Assembly (NCBI GenBank): GCA_021399395.1
Contig: JAAFKJ010000042.1
Coordinates: forward strand, 1 to 31,812
DNA: 31,812 nt
Origin: Candidatus Heimdallarchaeota archaeon
Lineage (GTDB): Archaea; Asgardarchaeota; Heimdallarchaeia; Heimdallarchaeales; Heimdallarchaeaceae
Direction: 5' to 3'
The notes under the pieces were generated by a model that saw nothing but the letters and a program-made list of their open reading frames with translations, had not been told where the DNA came from and ran no database searches. Positions 1-9,211 of the stretch are shown here, in pieces. Position 1 is the first letter of the stretch; the number at the start of each line of letters is the position of its first letter. The position numbers were made by a program, and so were the translations under genes.

Positions 1-1
1 C

Positions 2-238
2 AAAAAATGGCTTTATATAGGATGTCGGATTTGTTCAGACATAAGAAAAACTCGAACGGTGAAAAAAATGAACAGCAAGATACGAAAACTGATTGACCCT
101 GGATACAAAAAACTCTGCCAGGGTTTGCAAAAGTTGAATACTGCTCTAGCTGCTAAATGTGCAGAACAGCAAACGTTTTCCTCTTGCAGGATAAATGAGA
201 AATCAAAATCGTTCATTACAAATGAAACGGAGGTGTAA
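2..238 (+). CDS. Possible 3' end of a hypothetical CDS truncated by the window edge (KKWLYIGCRICSDIRK...FITNETEV*)
   Basis: Frame 2 is open from the window start to TAA at 236-238 and contains CxxC. The stop sits beside the SD of the next small ORF. Not in the ORF track. Confidence 0.4.
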   Translation, partial: KKWLYIGCRICSDIRKTRTVKKMNSKIRKLIDPGYKKLCQGLQKLNTALAAKCAEQQTFSSCRINEKSKSFITNETEV

Positions 239-243
239 CAAAA

Positions 244-390
244 ATGTTGAAATTACCAAACTTCATCCATAAACTCAAAGTTGCTAAACCAATAGTCTAT
301 CTATGGAGAACACTAAGATATGCACTACCACTATTTGTTGTAGGTATAGTTGTTGGATTGGCACCAGCTTTTACAAGAATAGTTATTTAA
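244..390 (+). CDS. Small 48-aa putative single-pass membrane protein (MLKLPNFIHKLKVAKPIVYLWRTLRYALPLFVVGIVVGLAPAFTRIVI)
   Basis: Strong SD GGAGGTG at 229-235, ATG at 244, TAA at 388-390, basic/amphipathic N-terminus plus a hydrophobic stretch, T-rich tract downstream. Confidence 0.6.
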   Translation: MLKLPNFIHKLKVAKPIVYLWRTLRYALPLFVVGIVVGLAPAFTRIVI

Positions 391-459
391 GAGTTTGAAA
401 AGTGCTCTCACTTTTCTTCTCCAATTCTTGTTTTACTCTTTATACTCTTTTTGAATTAC

Positions 460-1635
460 TTAACTATCTCTTCGTCTATAAATAGCAAGGAATATGATTG
501 TAGAGCTAAGGATTGTTAACATTGGTATTCCACTAGTCTCACTCATATTAGGATCAATCATTGCTGGTAAGAGATAGTCATCTAGGATTGTGTAAAACTC
601 ATCAGGTGGTTTAGAATCAATAGAAGAACTTGTTAGGGATAGAGCTATATTATATTCGGGTAACACCGCCATAACTAACATTGTTGATCCCATTGCAGTA
701 TAAAGGTTGTAATCTTCAATTGAGTAAAAGCGACAAGCTAATTTTCGTTCATGATCATTCTCAAGTGTTAGATTCCAGACAGGTTCAAGCAGTTCCACTA
801 TTGTCTCTTCAGGTATTATCTGATTACCATTCCAACTTCCATTGTTGAGTAGTAAGTGACCTATCCGAGTTAAGTCTCTAGTTCGCAGATATAATCCGTG
901 ACCACCATAATTTACCCCAGTACCATCATCGGTCCAAGTAACTTCTTCAATTCCTAAAGGATTGTAAAGATATTGTTTTGCAAAGTCAATAGGAAACATC
1001 CCTGTAGTTATATTGATAATTGTGGTGAGAAGATGCATGCTACCTGTATTCTCAACATATTGAGTACCAGGTTCGTACTTCATTGGAAGATCGAGCATAT
1101 ATTGTACTTTATCTTCGGCAGATATCCATGCTGCAAACATATATTCATCAATTTGCCATTCTAATCCAGAAGAACTAGTAAGAATATGCCTTATTGTTAT
1201 ATTATCTTTTGAAGGACTATAATTCGATATGTTTCTATCTGTGAAGTAATCGAATACTTTTGAATCTAAACTTTCGATAAATCCTTCAGATATAGCAATT
1301 GCTGTTAAAAGCGAAGTTATTCCCTTTGTAATTCCCCACAGATGTTTGGTTTCATTTTCACCCATTACAAATTTATAAGTTTCAGCTATAAGATAACCAT
1401 TCTTAACCAAAACCATTGAATCAAAAAGTGTTTTTGTGTCAACGTACTCAATCATTTCATCTATCAGTGTAACATCTAATCCTTGATCATCGGGTAAAGC
1501 TTCAACCCACGTTTCATCTGGAAAGATCATGAGTGAAGTTGAACTAGAAGTAAAACTAGAACCTGCAAATAATAAGATTAATATCGAAACTATCATCCAA
1601 TAAGTAGAATTTTTTTGTAACATATTTATCATCAT
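460..1635 (-). CDS. Membrane-anchored beta-lactamase class C / serine hydrolase-fold protein, apparently catalytically degenerate
   Basis: Signal peptide and family motifs ITIRHILTSSSGLEW, EPGT, GGHGLYLRTRDLTRIGHLLLNNGSWNGNQII. SxxK reads GITK and YxN reads EN. C-terminal TM plus RRR tail. Confidence 0.85.
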   Translation of the reverse strand: MMINMLQKNSTYWMIVSILILLFAGSSFTSSSTSLMIFPDETWVEALPDDQGLDVTLIDEMIEYVDTKTLFDSMVLVKNGYLIAETYKFVMGENETKHLWGITKGITSLLTAIAISEGFIESLDSKVFDYFTDRNISNYSPSKDNITIRHILTSSSGLEWQIDEYMFAAWISAEDKVQYMLDLPMKYEPGTQYVENTGSMHLLTTIINITTGMFPIDFAKQYLYNPLGIEEVTWTDDGTGVNYGGHGLYLRTRDLTRIGHLLLNNGSWNGNQIIPEETIVELLEPVWNLTLENDHERKLACRFYSIEDYNLYTAMGSTMLVMAVLPEYNIALSLTSSSIDSKPPDEFYTILDDYLLPAMIDPNMSETSGIPMLTILSSTIIFLAIYRRRDS

Positions 1636-1811
1636 TCTTTCTTAAATGAGTATCAAGAGTTTGAGACACTTATAAGTGTTAAAATTCTTATCGAACAATA
1701 GTTTAAATAATCACATTTTCTCAGTCTAGATGCTCCTAAAAAGACTGAATAGAGTAGTTAATGCGATTTTTAGGAGAATGATTTATTAATATTGAATACT
1801 CTGTACTCTTT

Positions 1812-2162
1812 ATGAGTGTAAACGAATTCTATCTTGAGTTCCATGCAATTGATTCAAGAATAAAGAGTGGGAAGTATAAAAGTAGTGAAAAACCCTATCT
1901 AGATTTTGCTCTAAAGATGTTTAAACAAGCCGATTGCAAGACTCTTTCACTTGAAGATGCAATCCAAGCTGTCGAATTACTAAACGATCTAAATGTTAAG
2001 CTTCATCAAGAATTTCTTGAAGCAGGAGAGGGACAATGGCTTTCTACGATTGCAGATTATAAAACTCTGAAGGAAAAAGAGATGGTGGTTTTTGTTCTAT
2101 ACCCAATAGGTGCAACTGATTCTTCTGAAGAACCAAAAATATGTGTAGTTGAAATACCTTAG
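1812..2162 (+). CDS. Hypothetical protein (116 aa)
   Basis: ATG-initiated ORF with host-like composition filling an intergenic gap. No recognised motif. Confidence 0.65.
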   Translation: MSVNEFYLEFHAIDSRIKSGKYKSSEKPYLDFALKMFKQADCKTLSLEDAIQAVELLNDLNVKLHQEFLEAGEGQWLSTIADYKTLKEKEMVVFVLYPIGATDSSEEPKICVVEIP

Positions 2163-2266
2163 AACAGCAAGGATAAATCTTTCTTCTATATCGTTACAAA
2201 AACCATTCTAATATGCAATAAACGATTGAGTTTTAAAGCATCTCTTTAGAAAGTCTTCTGTAAATA

Positions 2267-3988
2267 TTGTTTGGGATTGATTTGACGAAGAAGATAGTTG
2301 TTATTGGTGGAGTAGCTGGTGGAGCTTCAACAGCTGCAAGATATAGAAGACTGGATGAATTTGCAGAAATCATAATTCTTGAGAGAGGATCATTTGTTTC
2401 GTTCGCAAATTGCGGATTACCCTATTATGTTGGGGGTGTTATTCAAGATAAAGAGAACCTTGAGCTTGTTACACCAGAGATGTTTCAAGATCGTTTTAAT
2501 ATTGATGTGAGAATCAATACAGAAGCTTTGTTTATCGACAGAGAAAACAAGAAAGTAGAAGTTAGTAATCTAATAAATGACTCAAAGTATAATCTTGAAT
2601 ATGATACACTTGTTCTATCACCGGGAGCAGAACCGATTAGGCCACCATTCAAAGGAATGGAAGAAGTTCCTGTTTTTACACTGAGAACCATCCCAGATAC
2701 TTTGAAAATAACTGAGCATATTGAGAAACATCAACCTAAGAAAGCCACAGTTGTGGGAGGAGGTTTTATCGGTCTAGAAATGGCAGAAAATCTTCATGAA
2801 AAAGGCATTGAAGTTACGATTATTGAGCTAATGGACCAAGTTATGATAACTTTGGATCGAGAAATGGCCCAATATGTACACTTTGAATTGTATCGCAATG
2901 AAATTGAACTTATACTAGGAGATGGAGTAGATTCTTTTGAAAGGAATGAAACTGGTCAAGCTAGTGTAATTACACAAAGTGGTCGGAAATTTCCAACAGA
3001 TCTTGTTGTTCTAGCAATTGGAGTTCGTCCTGAATCAAAATTAGCAAAAGAAAGTGGTTTAGAACTAGGTAAGAGAGGGCATATTCTTGTAAACAAACAA
3101 ATGCAAACATCTGATCCAAACATCTACGCTGTCGGAGATGCAGTTGAAGTAACTAATTTTATTACACAAAAAAGAATAACTATCCCTTTAGCTGGTCCTG
3201 CTAACAAACAAGGTAGAATAGCTGCAAATAACATTGCAGGTAAGACTGAGGAATATGAAGGTGTTCTTGCTGCAGCTGTTGTGAAGGTTTTCGATATAAC
3301 AGTTTCTCAAGTTGGATTAAATGAAAAAGATTTGAAGTCTAATGAAATTGAATACGAGAAAGTCTATCTCCACCCAATGAATCATTCAGGATATTATCCA
3401 GGTGCTGATAAATTAGCACTCAAAGTACTATTTGAAAAGAATACTGGTAAAGTTCTAGGAGCACAAGTTTTGGGTGGAAGCGGTGCAGAAAAAAGGATAG
3501 ATGTGATTTCAACAATAATTCATTTTGGTGGAACTGTATTTGACTTAGAAAAATTGGAACTAACTTATGCACCTCCATTTGGTTCAGCAAGAGATCCTGT
3601 TAATATGGCAGGGTATATTGCAACAAACATCATTAAACAAGATGTTAAGATAATTCACTGGCATGATATATCAAGTATTCAACAAAATGAAGGTTTAATT
3701 CTCGATGTGAGAAGAGATGATGAATTCGAACTTGGTACTATTGAAGGTGCAAAACATTTCTCTGAATTTGAGATAAGAAGTAGATTAGATGAAATACCAA
3801 AAGATGAAAGAATTTGCTTGTGCTGTCAAGAAGGGTTTAGAGCTTATATAGTACAGAGAAATCTCTCTCAACGAGGATATAAGGTGTGCAATCTCGTTGG
3901 GGGGTATAAAACCTATAAAATGGCTACAGCTTCACAAGAAGAGTTGAAAGAAATGGCTAAGAATCCTCCATTTCGTATCATTTTCTAA
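2267..3988 (+). CDS. cdr: CoA-disulfide reductase / NADH-dependent persulfide reductase with C-terminal rhodanese domain
   Basis: FAD motif IGGVAGGASTA, active site SFANCGLPY, NAD motif GGGFIGLE, TSDPNIYAVGD, YYPGA, YAPPF, rhodanese DVR...CCQEGFRA...NLVGGY. Confidence 0.92.
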   Translation: MFGIDLTKKIVVIGGVAGGASTAARYRRLDEFAEIIILERGSFVSFANCGLPYYVGGVIQDKENLELVTPEMFQDRFNIDVRINTEALFIDRENKKVEVSNLINDSKYNLEYDTLVLSPGAEPIRPPFKGMEEVPVFTLRTIPDTLKITEHIEKHQPKKATVVGGGFIGLEMAENLHEKGIEVTIIELMDQVMITLDREMAQYVHFELYRNEIELILGDGVDSFERNETGQASVITQSGRKFPTDLVVLAIGVRPESKLAKESGLELGKRGHILVNKQMQTSDPNIYAVGDAVEVTNFITQKRITIPLAGPANKQGRIAANNIAGKTEEYEGVLAAAVVKVFDITVSQVGLNEKDLKSNEIEYEKVYLHPMNHSGYYPGADKLALKVLFEKNTGKVLGAQVLGGSGAEKRIDVISTIIHFGGTVFDLEKLELTYAPPFGSARDPVNMAGYIATNIIKQDVKIIHWHDISSIQQNEGLILDVRRDDEFELGTIEGAKHFSEFEIRSRLDEIPKDERICLCCQEGFRAYIVQRNLSQRGYKVCNLVGGYKTYKMATASQEELKEMAKNPPFRIIF

Positions 3989-3992
3989 GATA

Positions 3993-5123
3993 TCAATAAA
4001 TCTTGGGAAACATCTTATACTTGGCTATTTCGCGATAGTCATCCCAAAGTTTACCATATTTCTTCTTACACCGTTTTTCATCTCTCCATGCTCTTTGCAT
4101 AAGAAGAATTAGTAAAGAACCAGGGAGAATTAAAGGTAATGCGGAGATCAAACCTGTTGTCAAAACAATCACTAAATAAGTAAGAATTTCTCCAGTATAG
4201 TTTAGCTTTCTTCCCTTTCCCCAGAATCCAGAGATCAGAATTTTCCCCTCTAAAGTTTTTGCAGGTTTGAACCAGATTTTAGTATTCGGGTTTTTCTTAA
4301 ATCTATACTTTTGCAGGTTTGCACCTCTGAAAATCCAGATTGAGAGGAGATATGCAACACACAGAAAGACAATTACATAGACACTAAAAGCAAGCTCTTG
4401 GCTAATAAGGAACCATCCTGCAATTGAATAGAAGAATGGTACATAAACTGTGTCTCCCCAAACTAACATTAAACCAAAATTCTCAGACATTATATCCCAG
4501 GTTGAGAGCATGAACTCTTCGAAAACATAGTGAGTAAAAAGATAGAACCACCAGAAGGCTTGGTATAACCACATCTGTGGAAGAATATAGCCTTGATTGT
4601 TTAACTGAGTAAACATAAAACTCCAATTTATGATGGATAAACCAATTAAAGATGGCTGGTATGCAAACATTTTCAGATCAACACCCCACCAAGTTGGATT
4701 TAATTCAGAACCAAACCAAATATCATGCAGAATTCCTTTGAACCCTTTGCGTCTAGCTTCACCTTGTTTTCTTCTTCCTAGAATAAATAGTAAGATAGTC
4801 CATACTATCACAAAGATATTTGCTACTATCAAAAGAGACCAGAATCTTATAGCAATATATTCTAAGTTCCAAATATAAGAGGAGACTCTTTCGTAAAGAA
4901 CAAGTACTAATATTGCACTAAATGTTGCTAAGAGGAATAGGATTAAACCAGTTAACTTGTACTCTTTTCTAGTTCCATCTTTCAAAGGTTCTCCTAGTCC
5001 TTTGATCCCTGGTAGAAACTTTGTTCCTAGAAACATAATTGTAAAGAAAATTAGTATCATTAGAAATGCAGTAAGCAGATTCATTGGAGTTACAGGAAGT
5101 AATAATTCGAATATACCAGCCAT
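3993..5123 (-). CDS. ERG4/ERG24-family sterol reductase (Delta14-sterol reductase / LBR / DHCR7-like) integral membrane protein
   Basis: GSELNP, DIMSENFGLMLVWGDTVYVPFFYS, ANLQKYRFK, ILISGFWGKGRKLNYTGE and RAWRDEKRCKKKYGKLWDDY match family signatures. ATG 5123 follows AGGTG (the ORF track uses GTG 5132). Confidence 0.9.
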   Translation of the reverse strand: MAGIFELLLPVTPMNLLTAFLMILIFFTIMFLGTKFLPGIKGLGEPLKDGTRKEYKLTGLILFLLATFSAILVLVLYERVSSYIWNLEYIAIRFWSLLIVANIFVIVWTILLFILGRRKQGEARRKGFKGILHDIWFGSELNPTWWGVDLKMFAYQPSLIGLSIINWSFMFTQLNNQGYILPQMWLYQAFWWFYLFTHYVFEEFMLSTWDIMSENFGLMLVWGDTVYVPFFYSIAGWFLISQELAFSVYVIVFLCVAYLLSIWIFRGANLQKYRFKKNPNTKIWFKPAKTLEGKILISGFWGKGRKLNYTGEILTYLVIVLTTGLISALPLILPGSLLILLMQRAWRDEKRCKKKYGKLWDDYREIAKYKMFPKIY

Positions 5124-5308
5124 GGTTGACACCTAATTAGTATGTATTTTTGATGGTTACTTAAAACAATTATCCTTAACATCATCTATAGTTATATTAA
5201 AAAGTGCTTCATTAAAACAGAAAGCAAGCAATAGAATAAGATTTAAATATTCTCAATAAACTGAGAATGCAGTATTAGAATCTTGAGAACAAAAAAGGTC
5301 AGATAAAT

Positions 5309-6457
5309 ATGTTGAAAAAAACTTCAATTATGCTCATACTAATTGCTACATCTTTAGTGATAAATCAAAATTCAGTCAAGGGAGAGATTGAACCTGAATT
5401 AGTTCCAATCAGTTTACAATTTGTTCATGCTGCACGGTATGATTTAGGAGAACAAGTAGCTGTTGAGTTTAATGACACTCTTATGCCTGATAACGCAGTT
5501 TATGGACCTGATGATGTAGTTTGGTTTAGTTTCACTTATGATGTTGCAGAATTCAGATTCGACACCCAACAGAGTGAGGATTGGAGTCAAGCTAATTATT
5601 GGTATTTTGCAGAAGAGGATGAGTATGGGGTCTATAACGAAACTAGATTCCAAGGCATTCTCAACGTCTATCTTGATGGAACTGATTTTGGTTTATCCAA
5701 TATTCATACATTCGCTGATACTATAAACACTACACAAGATCTTTGGCATGAATACCTTGCTCCAGGATGGCATATACTTACTGTTTTTGCAGCCGAATAT
5801 GTTTCAGATCCAGCAAGAACTTCTATGTACTGGCAGACTGCAAAAGATGAAAAATGGTTTTATGTTTCTTTAGACACAGAAATTTTACCTCCAGCCAGAG
5901 AGATTTCAGAGGAAACTTTAACTGTTAAAGCTAATCCCCTTGCAAGCGATGAATGGGATCCAAACTTTGATTGGGAATTTTTAAACATCTGGCCTAGAGC
6001 AAGAAGTACAGTTGGAACACCACTAAGTCAAGAGATTACTGAGGCAGGTCAAGGCGTTCAGGTTCAAGCAGATTTCAATGTAACAACTGGATCACTGATG
6101 TTAAATGGTACAAATTCTTCTGGTTCACAACAAGCTGTGTTTTATGACCCAGCTCACATGGGTGACGGTACAATTTTTTGGTGGATTAATGATGGTCCAG
6201 TCACTGATGATCTTGAAGCTACATTCGAACTTCATAGAGGTCCCAATTTCATTTACTTTGCAGCTATTGGTTTTAGAGTATACTACAGCCTTTGGTATGA
6301 AGAACTACTCACACCAAGAGCTGATATAGACAGTAATGTATTCTCAGTAACAGAAAGCATACCCACAGAAACGGCGCCATTTGGTTTTGAGAGTTTTGTT
6401 TTAGCTTTAGGAATATTCGCAACAATTAGCATCTTTGTTAAGAAGAGAAGAGAATAA
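5309..6457 (+). CDS. Secreted, C-terminally anchored cell-surface glycoprotein of unknown function
   Basis: Signal peptide, acidic beta-rich body, several NxS/T sequons, C-terminal APFGF-TM-KKRRE anchor. Confidence 0.8.
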   Translation: MLKKTSIMLILIATSLVINQNSVKGEIEPELVPISLQFVHAARYDLGEQVAVEFNDTLMPDNAVYGPDDVVWFSFTYDVAEFRFDTQQSEDWSQANYWYFAEEDEYGVYNETRFQGILNVYLDGTDFGLSNIHTFADTINTTQDLWHEYLAPGWHILTVFAAEYVSDPARTSMYWQTAKDEKWFYVSLDTEILPPAREISEETLTVKANPLASDEWDPNFDWEFLNIWPRARSTVGTPLSQEITEAGQGVQVQADFNVTTGSLMLNGTNSSGSQQAVFYDPAHMGDGTIFWWINDGPVTDDLEATFELHRGPNFIYFAAIGFRVYYSLWYEELLTPRADIDSNVFSVTESIPTETAPFGFESFVLALGIFATISIFVKKRRE

Positions 6458-6471
6458 AGTTTCTCTTTTAT

Positions 6472-6843
6472 TTATTTTCTTTGAGAAATTTGAATCCAGT
6501 TTCCTTCAATATCTTGGAATGTTGCAACAAGTGTTGGACCCACATCATTTATTTTGTTTATCCCATAGAATTCTATACCTTTTGATTCAAGCTTCTTAAC
6601 ATAATCAAAAATATTTTCCACTTTAAAGGATATCATAATCTTTTGTTGTTCAACTTCAGAAGGATTGTTCCCAGCATAATCGAGTGCAAATCTTGTTGCA
6701 GTTTTTTCTGGAAAAACAAATTCCTGCCAATGTAGATCAGGTGTTGCGAAACCATTTTCTAATTCAAGAATTTCATTGTACCATTGACGAAGTTTTACAG
6801 GATCTTCAACATGTAAAAATACCACATCTACGCTTAAAATCAT
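6472..6843 (-). CDS. VOC / glyoxalase-bleomycin resistance family protein
   Basis: VFLHVED...WYNEILEL, ISFKVENI...LESKGIEF, ATFQDIEGNWIQI. Confidence 0.88.
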   Translation of the reverse strand: MILSVDVVFLHVEDPVKLRQWYNEILELENGFATPDLHWQEFVFPEKTATRFALDYAGNNPSEVEQQKIMISFKVENIFDYVKKLESKGIEFYGINKINDVGPTLVATFQDIEGNWIQISQRK

Positions 6844-6906
6844 ATAATCATATAAAGGTTGATGGTAAAAGATGAAATAGTTTTTGATGTAACGATTTGT
6901 GTCTAA

Positions 6907-7602
6907 TTACAGTATTCTGCTATCATGAAGTTCTTGCTCAAATTCATCGTAATTCTTCATTAGAAGAAGCATCTTTAACCCAGTAAACATCAATTTGAGC
7001 TCATAGTACGATAGATTTTCAGCTAATTTAGAAAAATCTTCGGAGTAATCGGTAACGAGGGATTTTATATCAACATCTATTTTCTTATCTATTTTAATTA
7101 ACATGTTCTTTAATGTAGAAACTGAAGGCTTTTTAGATTTGTTCAAAAGACCAAGAGTACCAGAAAGAAGTTTTAAAGCAGAGTCCATTCCTTCAGTTTC
7201 ACTCCAGATTTCTTGACCACCTTGATGGAGAAATAACTTAGCTGTTCTACCGTAGAGAGTCTCGGACGCGGTTTGATTTTCAACTATTCTTTTCCCAGCT
7301 GGAATAACAAAACCTTGCTTCTCTAATTCATTTAGGTATTTGTATAAGGTTTTAGATTTACGAACTAATTTTTCTAGTAAAACATTCTTCTCTTCTTGTG
7401 AGAGATCCATTTCATCAATTCGCTCATTCACAAGTTCATTATACTGATTTTCAAGTTCTCTAACAGTTAGAGGCCCTTTTCTCAAAGCAATTATTATGGG
7501 TTCAATTTTAGGATCTTCCAAAAATTGGAATTTTTCGATTTCATTAAGAATCTTAATTGTTTCTTCTTTATAACTTGGATAAATGTGATCATGATAACTC
7601 AA
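6907..7602 (-). CDS. Winged helix-turn-helix (ArsR-like) transcriptional regulator with helical insertion
   Basis: IIIALRKGPLTVREL...KSKTLYKYLNELEKQGFV followed by a wing ending LYGRTAKLF. Divergent from the MFS gene. Confidence 0.72.
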   Translation of the reverse strand: MSYHDHIYPSYKEETIKILNEIEKFQFLEDPKIEPIIIALRKGPLTVRELENQYNELVNERIDEMDLSQEEKNVLLEKLVRKSKTLYKYLNELEKQGFVIPAGKRIVENQTASETLYGRTAKLFLHQGGQEIWSETEGMDSALKLLSGTLGLLNKSKKPSVSTLKNMLIKIDKKIDVDIKSLVTDYSEDFSKLAENLSYYELKLMFTGLKMLLLMKNYDEFEQELHDSRIL

Positions 7603-7736
7603 ATGTAAATCGCCTTAATTCTTATATAATATCATCTGTAACTAGCAAATTTAAGTTTTTCTCTGTTGAAGGAAATATTTTTATATTTGTTAGAAGAAAC
7701 GTTTCTCTAAGTTCAGAGAAAATTAAAGGTGTTTCT

Positions 7737-9182
7737 ATGACAGGGTTAGCAGAAATTAGTGAAGATACTACTGGGGCTTTCAAAAATTACATCTTCTTTT
7801 GGTCAGGACAGATGGTATCTTTATTAGGATCATCAATTGTCCAGTTTGTGATTATCTGGTGGATTACTATCAGAACTAGAAGTGCATTATATTTATCGAT
7901 AGCTAATATAGCAGGGTTCTTACCCTTCATACTTCTGACACCAGTAGCTGGAGTTTTTGTAGACAGATGGAGTCGCAAAATTCTAATTGGATCATCAGAT
8001 TTCCTACAAGCAGTGGTTACTGTTGGACTGGCTATGTTTTTCATATTTGAAAATACTATTTTCAATTATCCTAACTATGCTTTCAAATTTGATGTTGGGA
8101 ATTATATCTATAGATACGATAGAGTTTTAGCTAATACTGGACCCATGATATTCATCTGGGTAGTAATGGGATTCCTTGCGATTAGAGGTAGTTTACAGGC
8201 TTTCCAAGTGCCTGCAATTCAAGCTATAATTCCAATTATGGTTCCAAGAAAGCATCTTAATCGGATGAATAGTGTTGATTTCTTATTTAACGGGGTAATT
8301 GGTCTTATAGGTCCAGTTATTGCGGCTCTCCTTTTAGCTTTAAATTTTCTAGATATAGGTGATCTTCTATGGATTGATGTTATCACATTCTCAGTTGCAG
8401 TCGTACCACTAGTATTAATAAGAATCCCAAGTGTTACGAAAGCGGAGAAAAAAGAGAAAAAAGAAACAACTTTCTTTCAGGAATTCAAGGAAGGGATTGT
8501 ATTCATTAAGAACAAAAGAGGTCTACTTGCGCTTCTTGGAGTCTTCACAGCTGCTAATCTCTGTATAACCCCTCTATTTACATTGATCAATCTGTATATT
8601 TATGATGGACATTTGGGTAATGCTACGAACCTAGCGCTTGTTTTAGCGTTTTTCCAAGGAGGGATGATAGGTGCATCAGTATTAATGGTCATATGGAAAG
8701 GATTCAAGAAAAAGGTAATAGGTGTTGCAGGAGGAATTCTTGTAACATATATAGGGTTCTTACTAATCACATTTACACCTCAAGGATTGTTCTGGTTCAT
8801 GGGGATAGGTGGTTTGATAATGGGAGTATCATTACCTATATTAAATTTATCAAGCCAATTTATCTGGCAAACGGTTGTTCCAAAGGAAAAACTGGGTAGA
8901 GTAATGGCTGTTAGACAAACTCTTGCACAATTTTCTGCTCCATTTGGGATGATCTTATCGGGAATAATAGTTCACTTTATCGCAAAAAAAGCAGAGAGTT
9001 CAGGTACTGAAGTAAATGCCATAGCAACAATAAATCCAGTTTTCTGGGGGGCTATTGCACTCGGAACAGCAATGCTAATCTTCTCATGGTTCTTTACAAA
9101 CATGAGGCATGTTGAAGATGATTTGGATTATGATAAATCACCAGATGAACAAACATCTTCGGCAATTCAAGTTGATGAATGA
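7737..9182 (+). CDS. MFS transporter, DHA3/MefA-like efflux family
   Basis: FFWSGQMVSLLGSSIVQF, motif A GVFVDRWSRK, about 12 TMs, VPKEKLGRV. ATG 7737 follows AAAGGTG. The ORF-track start at 7557 overlaps the divergent gene. Confidence 0.9.
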   Translation: MTGLAEISEDTTGAFKNYIFFWSGQMVSLLGSSIVQFVIIWWITIRTRSALYLSIANIAGFLPFILLTPVAGVFVDRWSRKILIGSSDFLQAVVTVGLAMFFIFENTIFNYPNYAFKFDVGNYIYRYDRVLANTGPMIFIWVVMGFLAIRGSLQAFQVPAIQAIIPIMVPRKHLNRMNSVDFLFNGVIGLIGPVIAALLLALNFLDIGDLLWIDVITFSVAVVPLVLIRIPSVTKAEKKEKKETTFFQEFKEGIVFIKNKRGLLALLGVFTAANLCITPLFTLINLYIYDGHLGNATNLALVLAFFQGGMIGASVLMVIWKGFKKKVIGVAGGILVTYIGFLLITFTPQGLFWFMGIGGLIMGVSLPILNLSSQFIWQTVVPKEKLGRVMAVRQTLAQFSAPFGMILSGIIVHFIAKKAESSGTEVNAIATINPVFWGAIALGTAMLIFSWFFTNMRHVEDDLDYDKSPDEQTSSAIQVDE

Positions 9183-9188
9183 TGTGTA

Positions 9189-9211
9189 TTTGTCATGTTG
9201 GCATACTAACC
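9189..9211. repeat. Left imperfect terminal inverted repeat TTTGTCATGTTGGCATACTAACC
   Basis: 19/23 identity to the reverse complement of 10580-10602. Contains the tnpB stop codon. Confidence 0.75.

Noticed and set aside
13-216. 67-aa minus-strand ORF
   Set aside because: Overlaps a plus-strand open frame that leads into an SD-coupled ORF and has no recognisable motif.
7557-7736. N-terminal extension of the MFS ORF
   Set aside because: Overlaps the divergent regulator and promoter region. ATG 7737 has an SD and matches the family start.
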